From Gammaproteobacteria bacterium (GTDB lineage Bacteria > Pseudomonadota > Gammaproteobacteria > JAUZRS01), in the NCBI GenBank assembly GCA_030950195.1, contig JAUZRS010000040.1, forward strand, positions 1 to 38,877: a stretch of DNA of 38,877 nucleotides. Reading direction: 5' to 3'. Position 1 is the first letter of the stretch. Each line of letters starts with the position of its first letter. The notes beneath the pieces were generated by a model that was not told where the DNA came from, searched no databases, and saw nothing but the letters and a program-made list of their open reading frames with translations. Below are positions 20,670-29,943 of the stretch, in pieces. The translations under genes and the position numbers were made by a program.

Positions 20670-21818
20670 TTGAACAGACAATCGAGCAGTGCGTCTTGGC
20701 TCAGACTGCTGCACGCTCCTGGCGTGGGGCCGGTTACTGCGGCTAAAATTCTTGACCTGATCGGGGGCATCGACGCACTGCAACACTGCACACGCCAACA
20801 ATTGCACGGGCTAAACCTAAAACCCGCCGCCCTAGACATTCTGCTGCAAAACGAACCGTCAGAGAACATCGAAAATGATCTGCGCTGGGCAGAAGCGCCT
20901 GAAAACCACCTCATCCCCATCGACGACCCGCGTTATCCATCGCGCCTAAAAACCATCAGCGATGCCCCCATTGTGCTGTATGCCAAAGGTCAATTGGACG
21001 TGCTTTACAGCCTGCAACTGGGCATGGTGGGCAGCCGTACCCCCACCCCCAGCGGCAAAGAGACCGCCTTTGAGTTTGCTCGCCACTTGGCGCACAACGG
21101 TTTTACCATCACCAGCGGTTTGGCGCTGGGCATTGATGCCGCCAGCCATCAAGGGGCTCTGGCAGGCGGCGGCCAAACCGTCGCCGTCACCGCCACCGGC
21201 TTGGATCGGGTTTACCCCGCCGCTCATCGCGAACTGGCTCAACAAATTGTTACTCAAGGGGTGATGATCTGTGAATTTCCCACCGGCATTCGCCCCCAAG
21301 CGCAAAACTTCCCGCGCCGCAACCGCATCATCAGCGCCCTCAGCATCGGCACACTGGTGGTGGAAGCGGCCAAACGCAGCGGCTCGCTGATCACCGCCCG
21401 CCACGCCATGGAACAAGGGCGTGAGGTGTTTGCCATTCCCGGTTCGATTCACAACCCATTGGCACGAGGCTGCCATACCCTGATTCGCCAAGGTGCAAAG
21501 CTGGTGGAGACTGCCGATGATATTTTAGAAGAAGTCGCCCCACTGATTCGCCAAGCGCTGCACACCACTGAATTTGAACCACCCAAAAGCCCAGCCAAAA
21601 CAGAAATGCAAGCGGAACTAAAACTAGAAGAAAAACACACTTTGGACGACGATTACCAAAAATTACTCCGTTGTTTGGATCACTCACCCACCTCCATCGA
21701 CACTCTCGTAGAACGCAGCCAACTCTCCGTAAAGAGCCTATCTTCGATGTTATTGATCCTAGAACTGCAAAATCGCATCGAAGTTTTACCTGGTGGTCTC
21801 TACCAATGTTTAAAATAA
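20670..21818 (+). CDS. dprA: DNA-processing protein DprA
   Basis: VGSR, ITSGLALGIDAASH, NFPRRNRIIS, SGSLITA and GREVFAIPGSIH motifs; C-terminal winged helix. Confidence 0.97.
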   Translation: MNRQSSSASWLRLLHAPGVGPVTAAKILDLIGGIDALQHCTRQQLHGLNLKPAALDILLQNEPSENIENDLRWAEAPENHLIPIDDPRYPSRLKTISDAPIVLYAKGQLDVLYSLQLGMVGSRTPTPSGKETAFEFARHLAHNGFTITSGLALGIDAASHQGALAGGGQTVAVTATGLDRVYPAAHRELAQQIVTQGVMICEFPTGIRPQAQNFPRRNRIISALSIGTLVVEAAKRSGSLITARHAMEQGREVFAIPGSIHNPLARGCHTLIRQGAKLVETADDILEEVAPLIRQALHTTEFEPPKSPAKTEMQAELKLEEKHTLDDDYQKLLRCLDHSPTSIDTLVERSQLSVKSLSSMLLILELQNRIEVLPGGLYQCLK

Positions 21819-21990
21819 AACTCAATGAAAACATAAAGTTGGATAAATATGGTGCTACAAAAAACAGACAAAAATACCTTCTCAATCCTCAAGCACTCGA
21901 CGTAGGCACCAAATTTAGTTCAGAATAGCGCCCCACGTTTGGCGACAAACGTTAATACCACGGCCGGAGAGCCCAGAGCAGAGCAAAATA

Positions 21991-24519
21991 ATGAGTAAGC
22001 ACTTAATCATCGTTGAATCACCCGCCAAAGGTAAAACGATTAAAAAGTACCTTGGCAAAGATTATGAAGTCATGGCCTCCTACGGCCACGTACGCGACCT
22101 CGTTCCCAAGGAGGGGGCGGTGGATACGGAAAACGGCTTTGCCATGAAATACCAAGCCATTGAACGCAATGAAAAACACGTTCAGGCGATTAAAAAGGCA
22201 CTCAAAAAAGCCGACTCCCTACTGCTCGCAACGGATCCAGATCGCGAGGGTGAAGCCATCTCTTGGCATCTGGCTGAAATGTTACGGGAAAAAAATCTGC
22301 TCGAAGGCAAAGTAGTGCAGCGAGTGGTCTTTCACGAGATCACCAAACGCGCCCTCAAAGAGGCGGTGGACAATCCACGGGAACTCTCCATGGAGATGGT
22401 CAACGCCCAGCAAGCCCGTCGCGCACTGGATTATTTGGTTGGTTTTAACCTCTCCCCCCTGCTGTGGAAAAAGATCCAGCGCGGCCTCTCAGCCGGTCGG
22501 GTACAAAGCCCCGCGCTGCGCATGATCAGCGAACGAGAAGCGGAAATTGACCGTTTTGAAGCCCGCGAATACTGGACAATTGAAGCCGATCTGGAACAGA
22601 GCAAACTGGCCTTCAACGCCAAACTGACCCAACTCGACGGCGACAAATTAAAGCAGTTCAGCATCACCAACGACAGCCAAGCCAACGAAGCCAAAGATCG
22701 TCTGCTCAAAGAAGCCAATGGCATTTTAGTGGTCAAATCCGTCACCAAGAAACAGCGCAAACGCAACCCTGCGCCACCCTTTACCACCTCCACCTTGCAA
22801 CAAGAGGCGATACGCAAACTGGGCTTTACCGCCCTACGCGCCATGCGCGTCGCCCAACAGCTCTATGAAGGCATCGACACCGGTTCCGGTGCCGAAGGGC
22901 TTATCACCTACATGCGTACCGATTCCGTCACCCTCTCTCAAGATGCCTTGGCAGACATTCGTGACCTGATCAGCAACCAGTACGGTGCCGACCAAATGCC
23001 CGCTGAGCCACGTTTTTTCAAAACCAAATCCAAAAACGCTCAAGAAGCGCATGAAGCAGTACGTCCCACCTCCGCTCAGCGTCGCCCCGAAGATCTAAAA
23101 GGTCACCTCACCGACGAGCAATTCAAACTCTACAGCTTGATCTGGAAACGCACCGTCGCCTGTCAAATGGTGCAGGCGGTGTTTGATCAAGTGGCCATCG
23201 ACTTTGCGTGCGGAGACGGCAACACCTTCCGTTCCACCGGCTCCACCTTGCGCGAAGCGGGGTTTATGGCCGTCTATCAAGAAGGCATGGACGACAGCAA
23301 GAAAGAGGAAGATCGGCGCTTACCACCACTGGAAGAGGGTGACAAAGTCGATCTCAAAGCCATTCGTCCCGAACAACATTTCACCGAGCCACCCCCACGC
23401 TACACCGAGGCCAGCTTGGTCAAAACGCTGGAAGAATACGACATCGGTCGCCCTTCCACCTACGCCAGCATCATCTCGACTTTGCAAGACCGTGGTTATG
23501 TGGAGCTGGAGTCACGCCGCTTCACCCCCACCGATGTCGGCAAAGTAGTGAACACCTTTCTCTGCACTCACTTCACTCAGTATGTGGATTACGACTTCAC
23601 CGCCAAACTGGAAGACGAGCTCGATGCCATCGCCCGAGGTGAAAAAGAGTGGATTCCTCTGCTGCGTGAATTTTGGACTCCCTTCACCGCGCTAATCGCC
23701 GACAAAGAAGCCAACGTCAGCCGTGACGAAGCCGTACAAGCACGGGAGCTGGGAACCGATCCAAAAAGCGGCAAACCAATCTCGGTACGCATCGGCCGTT
23801 TTGGTCCTTTTGTGCAGATCGGTACCCGTGACGACGAAGAGAAACCCAAATTTGCCGGTCTTCGTCCAGGGCAGAAGATGGACAAAATCACCCTCGAAGA
23901 GGCCTTGATTCTGTTTCAGCTGCCGCGCAATTTGGGTGAGTCTACTGAAGGTGAGAAGATCAGCACCAACATCGGTCGCTTTGGCCCTTATGTTAAATAC
24001 GACAGCAAATACGTTTCAATCAAAGAGGACGACCCTCACACCATCACTTTAGAACGAGCACTGGAGTTGGTCGCCGAGAAAAAATTGGCCGATGCCAACC
24101 GCATCATCAAAATCTTTGAGGACAGCGAAATTCAGGTGTTGAACGGTCGCTACGGCCCTTACATCACCGACGGCAATAAAAATGCCAAGATTCCTAAGGA
24201 TGTGGAACCCAAAGAGTTGGAACTGGAGCAGTGTGAAAAGCTGATTGCCGAAGCCCCAGAGAAAAAACGCCGAGGTAAAAAGAAAGCGGTGGCGAAGAAA
24301 AAATCGACCGCCAAAAAAACCTCTGCCAAAAAAACCGCTGCCAAGAAAACCAGTGCAAAAAAGACCGCCTCAAAAAAGAAAGCCAGCAGTAAGAAAAAGG
24401 CCAGCAGTAAAAAGAAAGCCGTCGCCAAAAAATCCACTGCAAAAAAGAGTGCGGCGAAAAAAACCAGCACGGTGAAAAAGAAAGTGGCCAGTAAAAAAGC
24501 CGCCAGTGACAAAGAGTAA
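21991..24519 (+). CDS. topA: DNA topoisomerase I with Topo_C repeats and Lys/Ala-rich tail
   Basis: IVESPAK, ATDPDREGEAI, SAGRVQS and ITYMRTDS motifs; three GR(F/Y)GP(F/Y) repeats; no Cys4 zinc ribbons. Confidence 0.98.
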   Translation: MSKHLIIVESPAKGKTIKKYLGKDYEVMASYGHVRDLVPKEGAVDTENGFAMKYQAIERNEKHVQAIKKALKKADSLLLATDPDREGEAISWHLAEMLREKNLLEGKVVQRVVFHEITKRALKEAVDNPRELSMEMVNAQQARRALDYLVGFNLSPLLWKKIQRGLSAGRVQSPALRMISEREAEIDRFEAREYWTIEADLEQSKLAFNAKLTQLDGDKLKQFSITNDSQANEAKDRLLKEANGILVVKSVTKKQRKRNPAPPFTTSTLQQEAIRKLGFTALRAMRVAQQLYEGIDTGSGAEGLITYMRTDSVTLSQDALADIRDLISNQYGADQMPAEPRFFKTKSKNAQEAHEAVRPTSAQRRPEDLKGHLTDEQFKLYSLIWKRTVACQMVQAVFDQVAIDFACGDGNTFRSTGSTLREAGFMAVYQEGMDDSKKEEDRRLPPLEEGDKVDLKAIRPEQHFTEPPPRYTEASLVKTLEEYDIGRPSTYASIISTLQDRGYVELESRRFTPTDVGKVVNTFLCTHFTQYVDYDFTAKLEDELDAIARGEKEWIPLLREFWTPFTALIADKEANVSRDEAVQARELGTDPKSGKPISVRIGRFGPFVQIGTRDDEEKPKFAGLRPGQKMDKITLEEALILFQLPRNLGESTEGEKISTNIGRFGPYVKYDSKYVSIKEDDPHTITLERALELVAEKKLADANRIIKIFEDSEIQVLNGRYGPYITDGNKNAKIPKDVEPKELELEQCEKLIAEAPEKKRRGKKKAVAKKKSTAKKTSAKKTAAKKTSAKKTASKKKASSKKKASSKKKAVAKKSTAKKSAAKKTSTVKKKVASKKAASDKE
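24262..24516 (+). repeat. Low-complexity coding repeats in the TopA tail
   Basis: Imperfect 15-nt units (AKKTS/AKKTA) and 18-nt units (KKKASS). Confidence 0.85.
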
Positions 24520-25066
24520 ACTGCAACAACTCGATCAGGCTACCAAGATCATTCAACACGGCGGCCTGATCGCCTACCCCACCGAAGCGGTCTTTGGTCT
24601 CGGCTGTGATCCCAGCAACCAACACGCCGTCGAACGCCTCCTCAAACTCAAACAGCGCAGCCCTGACAAAGGGCTGATTCTGATTGCCGCCGACTTTTCT
24701 CAACTGCACACCTACTTACAACCTTTGGACAGAGAAGTCGCAGAACGCCTTTATGCCCAGTGGCCAGGCCCATACACTTGGTTGTTACCCGCTGCTGCTG
24801 ATACCCCCAAATGGCTCACCGGCCAGCACGACACCTTAGCGGTACGAGTCAGCGCCCATCCACCTGTGGTAGCCCTATGCAAGCAGGTCGGCGCGCTTGT
24901 CTCCAGCAGCGCCAACCTCAGTGGCGCACCCGCTGCTCGCAGCGTCAATGAAGTCACGGCCTATTTTGCTCAACAATTGGATTTTATTTGGGATGCCCCA
25001 CTGGGTAACGCCAAACAACCCAGCCGCATTCGGGATGCCCTCAGCGGCCGCGTGTTGCGCTCCTAA
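24506..25066 (+). CDS. tsaC: L-threonylcarbamoyladenylate synthase (YrdC/Sua5)
   Basis: IAYPTEAVFGLGCDP, KQRSPDKGLILI, WPGP and SSANLSG motifs; GTG start overlaps the topA end. Confidence 0.95.
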   Translation: MTKSKLQQLDQATKIIQHGGLIAYPTEAVFGLGCDPSNQHAVERLLKLKQRSPDKGLILIAADFSQLHTYLQPLDREVAERLYAQWPGPYTWLLPAAADTPKWLTGQHDTLAVRVSAHPPVVALCKQVGALVSSSANLSGAPAARSVNEVTAYFAQQLDFIWDAPLGNAKQPSRIRDALSGRVLRS

Positions 25067-25074
25067 GAAAGCCG

Positions 25075-28008
25075 TTAGGTCACTTCACTCTGTTCCTGAA
25101 TCTGTGGCCGAGGTTTGCCCACATAATACCCTTGCGCGTAATCCACATGAAACAAATTCAGTAGGCGAATGGTCTCTTCGCTGTCAACAAATTCCGCCAC
25201 GGTTTTTTTACCAAACCCTCGCGCCACATCAGAGAGCGCTTTAACAAAAATCTGATTGTCCCTTTTTTCCGGCAGATCACGAATAAACGAGCCGTCAATT
25301 TTAACGTAATCCACCGGCAACTCTTTTAAATAGGTAAACGAGGCGAAGCCCACCCCAAAATCATCCAGTGCAAATTGACAGCCCAGCTTCTTCAGCGCCC
25401 CCATCAACACCCGCGCCGAGGCCATATCCGCTACCGCTTCTGTTTCGGTAATTTCGAAAATCAACCGTTTCGGATCCGCTCCCGAATCAAAAATCTGTTT
25501 TTTAATAAACGCCAGCAGACCCGAATCTTCAAACGCTCGCCCCGAAAGGTTAATCGCGATGGTCACCTCCTCCCCTTCATCCGAGAGGGTCACCTGTTGA
25601 CGAATGGCGCGCTCTAAAACATAACGATCAATCAACGAGATCAAACCGTTCTGCTCGGCAATGGGGATAAACGAAATCGGTGGAATGATTTCACCCTCAT
25701 CACCGATCATGCGAATCAAAGCTTCGTAATGGGAGATGGTATTGCTCTGAATATTTAAAATAGGCTGATAATAGAGTACAAAACGTTCGTGTTTAATCGC
25801 CATCTCAATGCGTTCTTTCCAGAGAATGCGTTCGTGTAGATGTTCTCTGACCTGTTCATCGGCAGAAAAAATATGCCACGAACCACGCTCCGCCGATTTT
25901 GCTTGATACATGGCCAAATCCGCATTGGCCATCAACTCCTCCATGCTATCACCGTGCTGCGGAAACAGCGCCACACCGATGCTGGTACTGATGGAATGCA
26001 CCTGACCATTGACGCTGTGACGGATTTTTTTCATCTCCGCGCGCATCCGTTCCACCACGGTAATAATGCCCGCTTGATCGGTGTCACGAAACACAATACC
26101 AAACTCATCACCACCCAAACGCCCCATAATACCTTTGCCAATAATATCCACCTCACGAGTCACTTTAGAAAGCGTATTCGACACACTACGCAACAAGGCA
26201 TCGCCCGAATGGTGGCCACCGGTATCATTAATGTCTTTAAAGTTATCCAGATCCAAATACAGCAACGCACCGCCTTTTTCAGAACGCCGCGACCACGCCA
26301 ACGCCCCTTCCAACTCATCTTGAAAACGCCGCCGATTAAACAGCTCCGTTAATGGGTCGTGATCGGCCAACCAAGCGATACGCGATTCCACTCGTTTTAT
26401 TTCGGTAATATCCAAGCCGATGGAGAGCATACTTTGGCCAGACTTTTGTTTTTCCAGTTTAGAAAAGCTCCACAAAATATGGCGAAGTGAACCATTTTCA
26501 CAGACGATTCGACCTTCACCACGACTTTTATTCAGTTCACCAGCAACCAATTTCATCAGCGTCTCTTTCAATGGCGTTCTAAGCTCATCATTGTCGTGCA
26601 AATCTAAAAAATAACTACTCTGAATTTGTTCAACATTATAACCACTTAAAGAAGCAGCATAACTGTTACACAAAATCACTTTGCCTTTTGAATCTTGGGT
26701 TAAAATCAATGCTTCTGCAGTATCCAAAATACCTTTGACAAAATTACGTTCAACAATCAGCTCTTTATTATGTGATTTTAAATTTTTTTCACGCGCATCC
26801 ACCTCATTGGTTAAAAATTCCAATTGGTTGGAGAGACTCTGAGAGGTACTGGAAAGGTGATCAATCTCATCACAAAAATAATGATTCTGAATGGACTTCA
26901 AATCTTTACACACGCGCTGAAATTCCCCTTTCGCCAACAGAGGCAATTTTTCAGAAACAACTTTAATCCGCCGGATGGGTCGCCACAAGACCAACAACAA
27001 TGCCAGTTCAGATAACAAAAGACCAATAATTCCAGCATGAATGCTCTCTGTTGCCCATCGATTAATCTGGTTAATCTGTTGCGTCACATCGGCAATAATA
27101 AGAAAAAAGTCGTGATTATCGGAGACCTGATGATGGTGCTGAGCTTGATCTTGGCTTTCCTGTTCAATAGGAATCAAGCTGACTTCATAGGTCTTCTCTT
27201 GCCATTCAAAGCGCACACCGTGGTGCAAGTCCTCATAACTTATGCCTTTATTCTCCAGCTCTGCCAACAAGGCCAAACTGTGCTCTTTATTGGTTACACT
27301 ATTGACTTTTACTCCTAATTCATAAAAAATACGCGGTGACTTAGAACGCTGTGTCTGCGCCAATAACTCTCGGCTCACAATACCAATATTACTACTGGTT
27401 ATTTTACTAAACTGTATGATTACCTCGGTCAAAGAACGACCTAACAACAACTCGCCGACATGTTTTCCGCTGGAAATCATCGGCACCACAGAATAATGAA
27501 CGCACTCCATCCCACAGCGAATAAAATCATTCGGCAACTCACTGTTACGAGTTTTTCCCACTAACGTTAAAATAGCACCCCTCAGTTTTTCATTGTAAAT
27601 ATCCTGACCCCAAGCCGAACTTATTTCACCCGATGTAGAAAAAAACTCCGCTGCTACCAAGCCCATATCAAGACTCAAGTAGGACCAATGGTTTTCAAAG
27701 TTATCTTCAAACTCTTTTTTATTCTCAGTCAATAACTGTAGATTCACACCTGACAACGAAGGCACAAACACACCCAATTGCAACAGGCTGTTTCTGGATT
27801 GCTGAATCAAAGTAGAGATTTCATGCCGATGATTTTTATGTGAATCTTGTCTTTCACGATCAAACAGACTCATCAGGTTTTTATAAGAAATGGCCGAAAA
27901 AGCAATGTTAATGACCAATAAGACCAGACTTAATACCAACAACACCTTCCATTTCAAACTAAGAAAGGCAGCCCACTCTCCCTTAAATACGCCTCTCTTA
28001 ACCACCAC
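25075..28008 (-). CDS. Membrane-bound diguanylate cyclase/phosphodiesterase (TM-periplasmic sensor-TM-HAMP-PAS-GGDEF-EAL)
   Basis: HDPLTELFNRR, DLDNFKDINDTGGH, RLGGDEF, YEALIRM, DDFGVG and KIDGSF motifs; two TM helices flank a roughly 280-aa periplasmic region. Confidence 0.95.
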   Translation of the reverse strand: MVVKRGVFKGEWAAFLSLKWKVLLVLSLVLLVINIAFSAISYKNLMSLFDRERQDSHKNHRHEISTLIQQSRNSLLQLGVFVPSLSGVNLQLLTENKKEFEDNFENHWSYLSLDMGLVAAEFFSTSGEISSAWGQDIYNEKLRGAILTLVGKTRNSELPNDFIRCGMECVHYSVVPMISSGKHVGELLLGRSLTEVIIQFSKITSSNIGIVSRELLAQTQRSKSPRIFYELGVKVNSVTNKEHSLALLAELENKGISYEDLHHGVRFEWQEKTYEVSLIPIEQESQDQAQHHHQVSDNHDFFLIIADVTQQINQINRWATESIHAGIIGLLLSELALLLVLWRPIRRIKVVSEKLPLLAKGEFQRVCKDLKSIQNHYFCDEIDHLSSTSQSLSNQLEFLTNEVDAREKNLKSHNKELIVERNFVKGILDTAEALILTQDSKGKVILCNSYAASLSGYNVEQIQSSYFLDLHDNDELRTPLKETLMKLVAGELNKSRGEGRIVCENGSLRHILWSFSKLEKQKSGQSMLSIGLDITEIKRVESRIAWLADHDPLTELFNRRRFQDELEGALAWSRRSEKGGALLYLDLDNFKDINDTGGHHSGDALLRSVSNTLSKVTREVDIIGKGIMGRLGGDEFGIVFRDTDQAGIITVVERMRAEMKKIRHSVNGQVHSISTSIGVALFPQHGDSMEELMANADLAMYQAKSAERGSWHIFSADEQVREHLHERILWKERIEMAIKHERFVLYYQPILNIQSNTISHYEALIRMIGDEGEIIPPISFIPIAEQNGLISLIDRYVLERAIRQQVTLSDEGEEVTIAINLSGRAFEDSGLLAFIKKQIFDSGADPKRLIFEITETEAVADMASARVLMGALKKLGCQFALDDFGVGFASFTYLKELPVDYVKIDGSFIRDLPEKRDNQIFVKALSDVARGFGKKTVAEFVDSEETIRLLNLFHVDYAQGYYVGKPRPQIQEQSEVT

Positions 28009-28046
28009 AATTGACTCCCTGTTTTGCTAGAAAAATGATCTTCCAG

Positions 28047-29282
28047 CTAAAAGCGATACGAAACGGCTAAAGTATACAAATCCCAAAATGGTTTTGTTGC
28101 TAAAGGATCTGGATTTTCTGTCAAAGCCAACCAAGAAGTGCCATTGACACGATGGTACTCCGCCTGCAACATCCATTGCGGTGCTACATTCCAACGCAAT
28201 CCAATGGTGCTGTCTTTACTAAAACGACTGTGTGCCACCACCGCAGGCAAACCAAAACTTTGCAAAATAGGCGAACTGCTGGCTAATTTTTTACCCGTTT
28301 TATCATCACGACCAAAATATTGCACATCGTAGCGCAACACCCACTCCCATTTTGGTGCAAATCGATATTGTGCTTGCATATAATAAGACTCAGAAAACCT
28401 CGCCTCATCAGCAATTAAAAACCCCAAACCTTCAGTTACCGTTTTTTGCTCCGTGTACTCTGCTGTTAAACTCCAAAACTCACTGTTGTATTGCAACGAA
28501 AAAATACGTGGCTCAATGCAAATAGAGCCAGAAGGAATTAAATCACCCGCACCCGTTTTAAAATCAATCTGTGCTTTGACCCAAGTCAAGCCCACACGCA
28601 CACGACCCTCTTGCCAATCATAAATTAAACGCCCCAAATATGAGGGTATTTCGGCCTGCAAATGCCCCGCCCAATCTTTATTTAGCATCAACACGCGCTC
28701 CAACTCAATCGAATCTGCACGCGGATAACCTACCCCGACATTCAGCGTATAATCGCCATAGTCTGTACGTTCTTCACCGTAAAGATAAACTGCATCGGTG
28801 GAAAGATACATATCACGACTGCGATCCAAATAGGTGGATTGTGGCAACAAGATCGAAGGACGTGTGTGTGCCACATCCCGAGTTTCATTGTAAAAACCCA
28901 TTGGATTTTTAACACGCCCCAAACGCACACCCCACAGGCCATCCATATCCGAACTGAGGCGGTAATCAACAAAACCGTAATCCAACTGCGGGCTGCCGTC
29001 GTTCAAGGCCCCTGCTCGCCGCGACAACACCTGTCCTGAAAACTGCCAATCTGGGGTCGGCTTAAATGAACCATTAAGACCCATCTCAGTAAATTCAGCA
29101 CTGAAATTATCACTCGGACCAAAAAAGTGATTAGCTGATGTTTTGATCAGCGCTTGATTAAAAAACCCATGCCATTGAAAGCGCTTCAATGGTTCTGCCA
29201 ACAGCGATTGCACCGCAAAAAGTAAGCATAACGCGATGCTCAAGCGAACCACTGTCTTGCTATTAATTAATGCGTAAGACAT
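28047..29282 (-). CDS. Putative outer-membrane beta-barrel (porin-like) protein
   Basis: Signal peptide, aromatic-rich amphipathic strands, C-terminal beta-signal LAVSYRF. Start set at ATG 29282 behind GGAGG. Confidence 0.8.
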   Translation of the reverse strand: MSYALINSKTVVRLSIALCLLFAVQSLLAEPLKRFQWHGFFNQALIKTSANHFFGPSDNFSAEFTEMGLNGSFKPTPDWQFSGQVLSRRAGALNDGSPQLDYGFVDYRLSSDMDGLWGVRLGRVKNPMGFYNETRDVAHTRPSILLPQSTYLDRSRDMYLSTDAVYLYGEERTDYGDYTLNVGVGYPRADSIELERVLMLNKDWAGHLQAEIPSYLGRLIYDWQEGRVRVGLTWVKAQIDFKTGAGDLIPSGSICIEPRIFSLQYNSEFWSLTAEYTEQKTVTEGLGFLIADEARFSESYYMQAQYRFAPKWEWVLRYDVQYFGRDDKTGKKLASSSPILQSFGLPAVVAHSRFSKDSTIGLRWNVAPQWMLQAEYHRVNGTSWLALTENPDPLATKPFWDLYTLAVSYRF

Positions 29283-29682
29283 GCACCCTCCCATCAACCT
29301 TATCCTTACTCAAATAACCAATCGCCCCTGGCGTATTCGCCACTCTCTGCAACATTTCAGCCTCAGATGACAAACGAATCGGAGCTTGCCCGGTGCCAGA
29401 AAAAACCAAACGATCCCATGCACGCCGTAATTGATGTGGAAACACATTCAGGGTAGTTTTACAAAACTGAGCATGCAATGGATTTTCATCCGCCAAAACA
29501 AACACCGTGATTTCGTGATTGCTCTCAGGCCAACGCCCCAAGCGCATGCCAAAAATAGCGCGCAAAGCGCGCTTAGGCAACGTATCAGCCACCGTTGAAT
29601 TGACGATAATCACCTCGTCGGCTTGCAGCACACCACAGCCCAGCAGCAATGCCAACAACAGCCCCCCCAGCCTTATCCTCAT
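29263..29682 (-). CDS. Small periplasmic PstS-like substrate-binding-domain protein (139 aa)
   Basis: Signal peptide, then VIIVN..L..IF...W and VANTPGAIGY. Start set at ATG 29682; the longer ORF has no plausible N-terminal signal. Confidence 0.8.
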   Translation of the reverse strand: MRIRLGGLLLALLLGCGVLQADEVIIVNSTVADTLPKRALRAIFGMRLGRWPESNHEITVFVLADENPLHAQFCKTTLNVFPHQLRRAWDRLVFSGTGQAPIRLSSEAEMLQRVANTPGAIGYLSKDKVDGRVHVLRIN

Positions 29683-29772
29683 GACCCGACTTTCTCCCAA
29701 AAACAGCGCCATTGCAGCGTCATTTTTATGACCAGAACTCCACTCCATGGGAACAAAAGCATTAGTCATGCC

Positions 29773-29801
29773 AAAAAAAAACGACCCAAAGGTCGTTTTT
29801 T
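29773..29801 (-). terminator. Intrinsic terminator after the 36-aa ORF
   Basis: A9-CGACC-CAAA-GGTCG-T6 on the plus strand, giving a U9 tail on the minus strand. Confidence 0.85.
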
Positions 29802-29832
29802 ACCACTTAAAACTTGGCTTACTACCGACAGA

Positions 29833-29943
29833 TTAAAAGAAATCCTTTAAAAGGGGGTAATAAATCACAGACAAAAAGCTTGTCCAAGCCAAAGCAATAA
29901 CACCCCATGTGATAATCATAGGCATATAAAAGTTAAACCACAT
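29833..29943 (-). CDS. Small single-TM membrane protein (36 aa), absent from the ORF track
   Basis: MWFNFYMPMIITWGVIALAWTSFLSVIYYPLLKDFF; AAAGGAGG RBS 5 nt before the ATG; terminator 31 bp after the stop. Confidence 0.75.
   Translation of the reverse strand: MWFNFYMPMIITWGVIALAWTSFLSVIYYPLLKDFF

Noticed and set aside
24159-24709. Hydrophobic antisense ORFs over the topA tail; repeats as a possible CRISPR array
   Set aside because: They mirror Lys-codon repeats, and the units are imperfect coding repeats with no spacers.
29662-29668. G7 tract in the signal peptide of the small PstS-like gene as an ON/OFF switch
   Set aside because: Borderline length and in frame (Leu-Gly-Gly); it would need read-level length variation for support.
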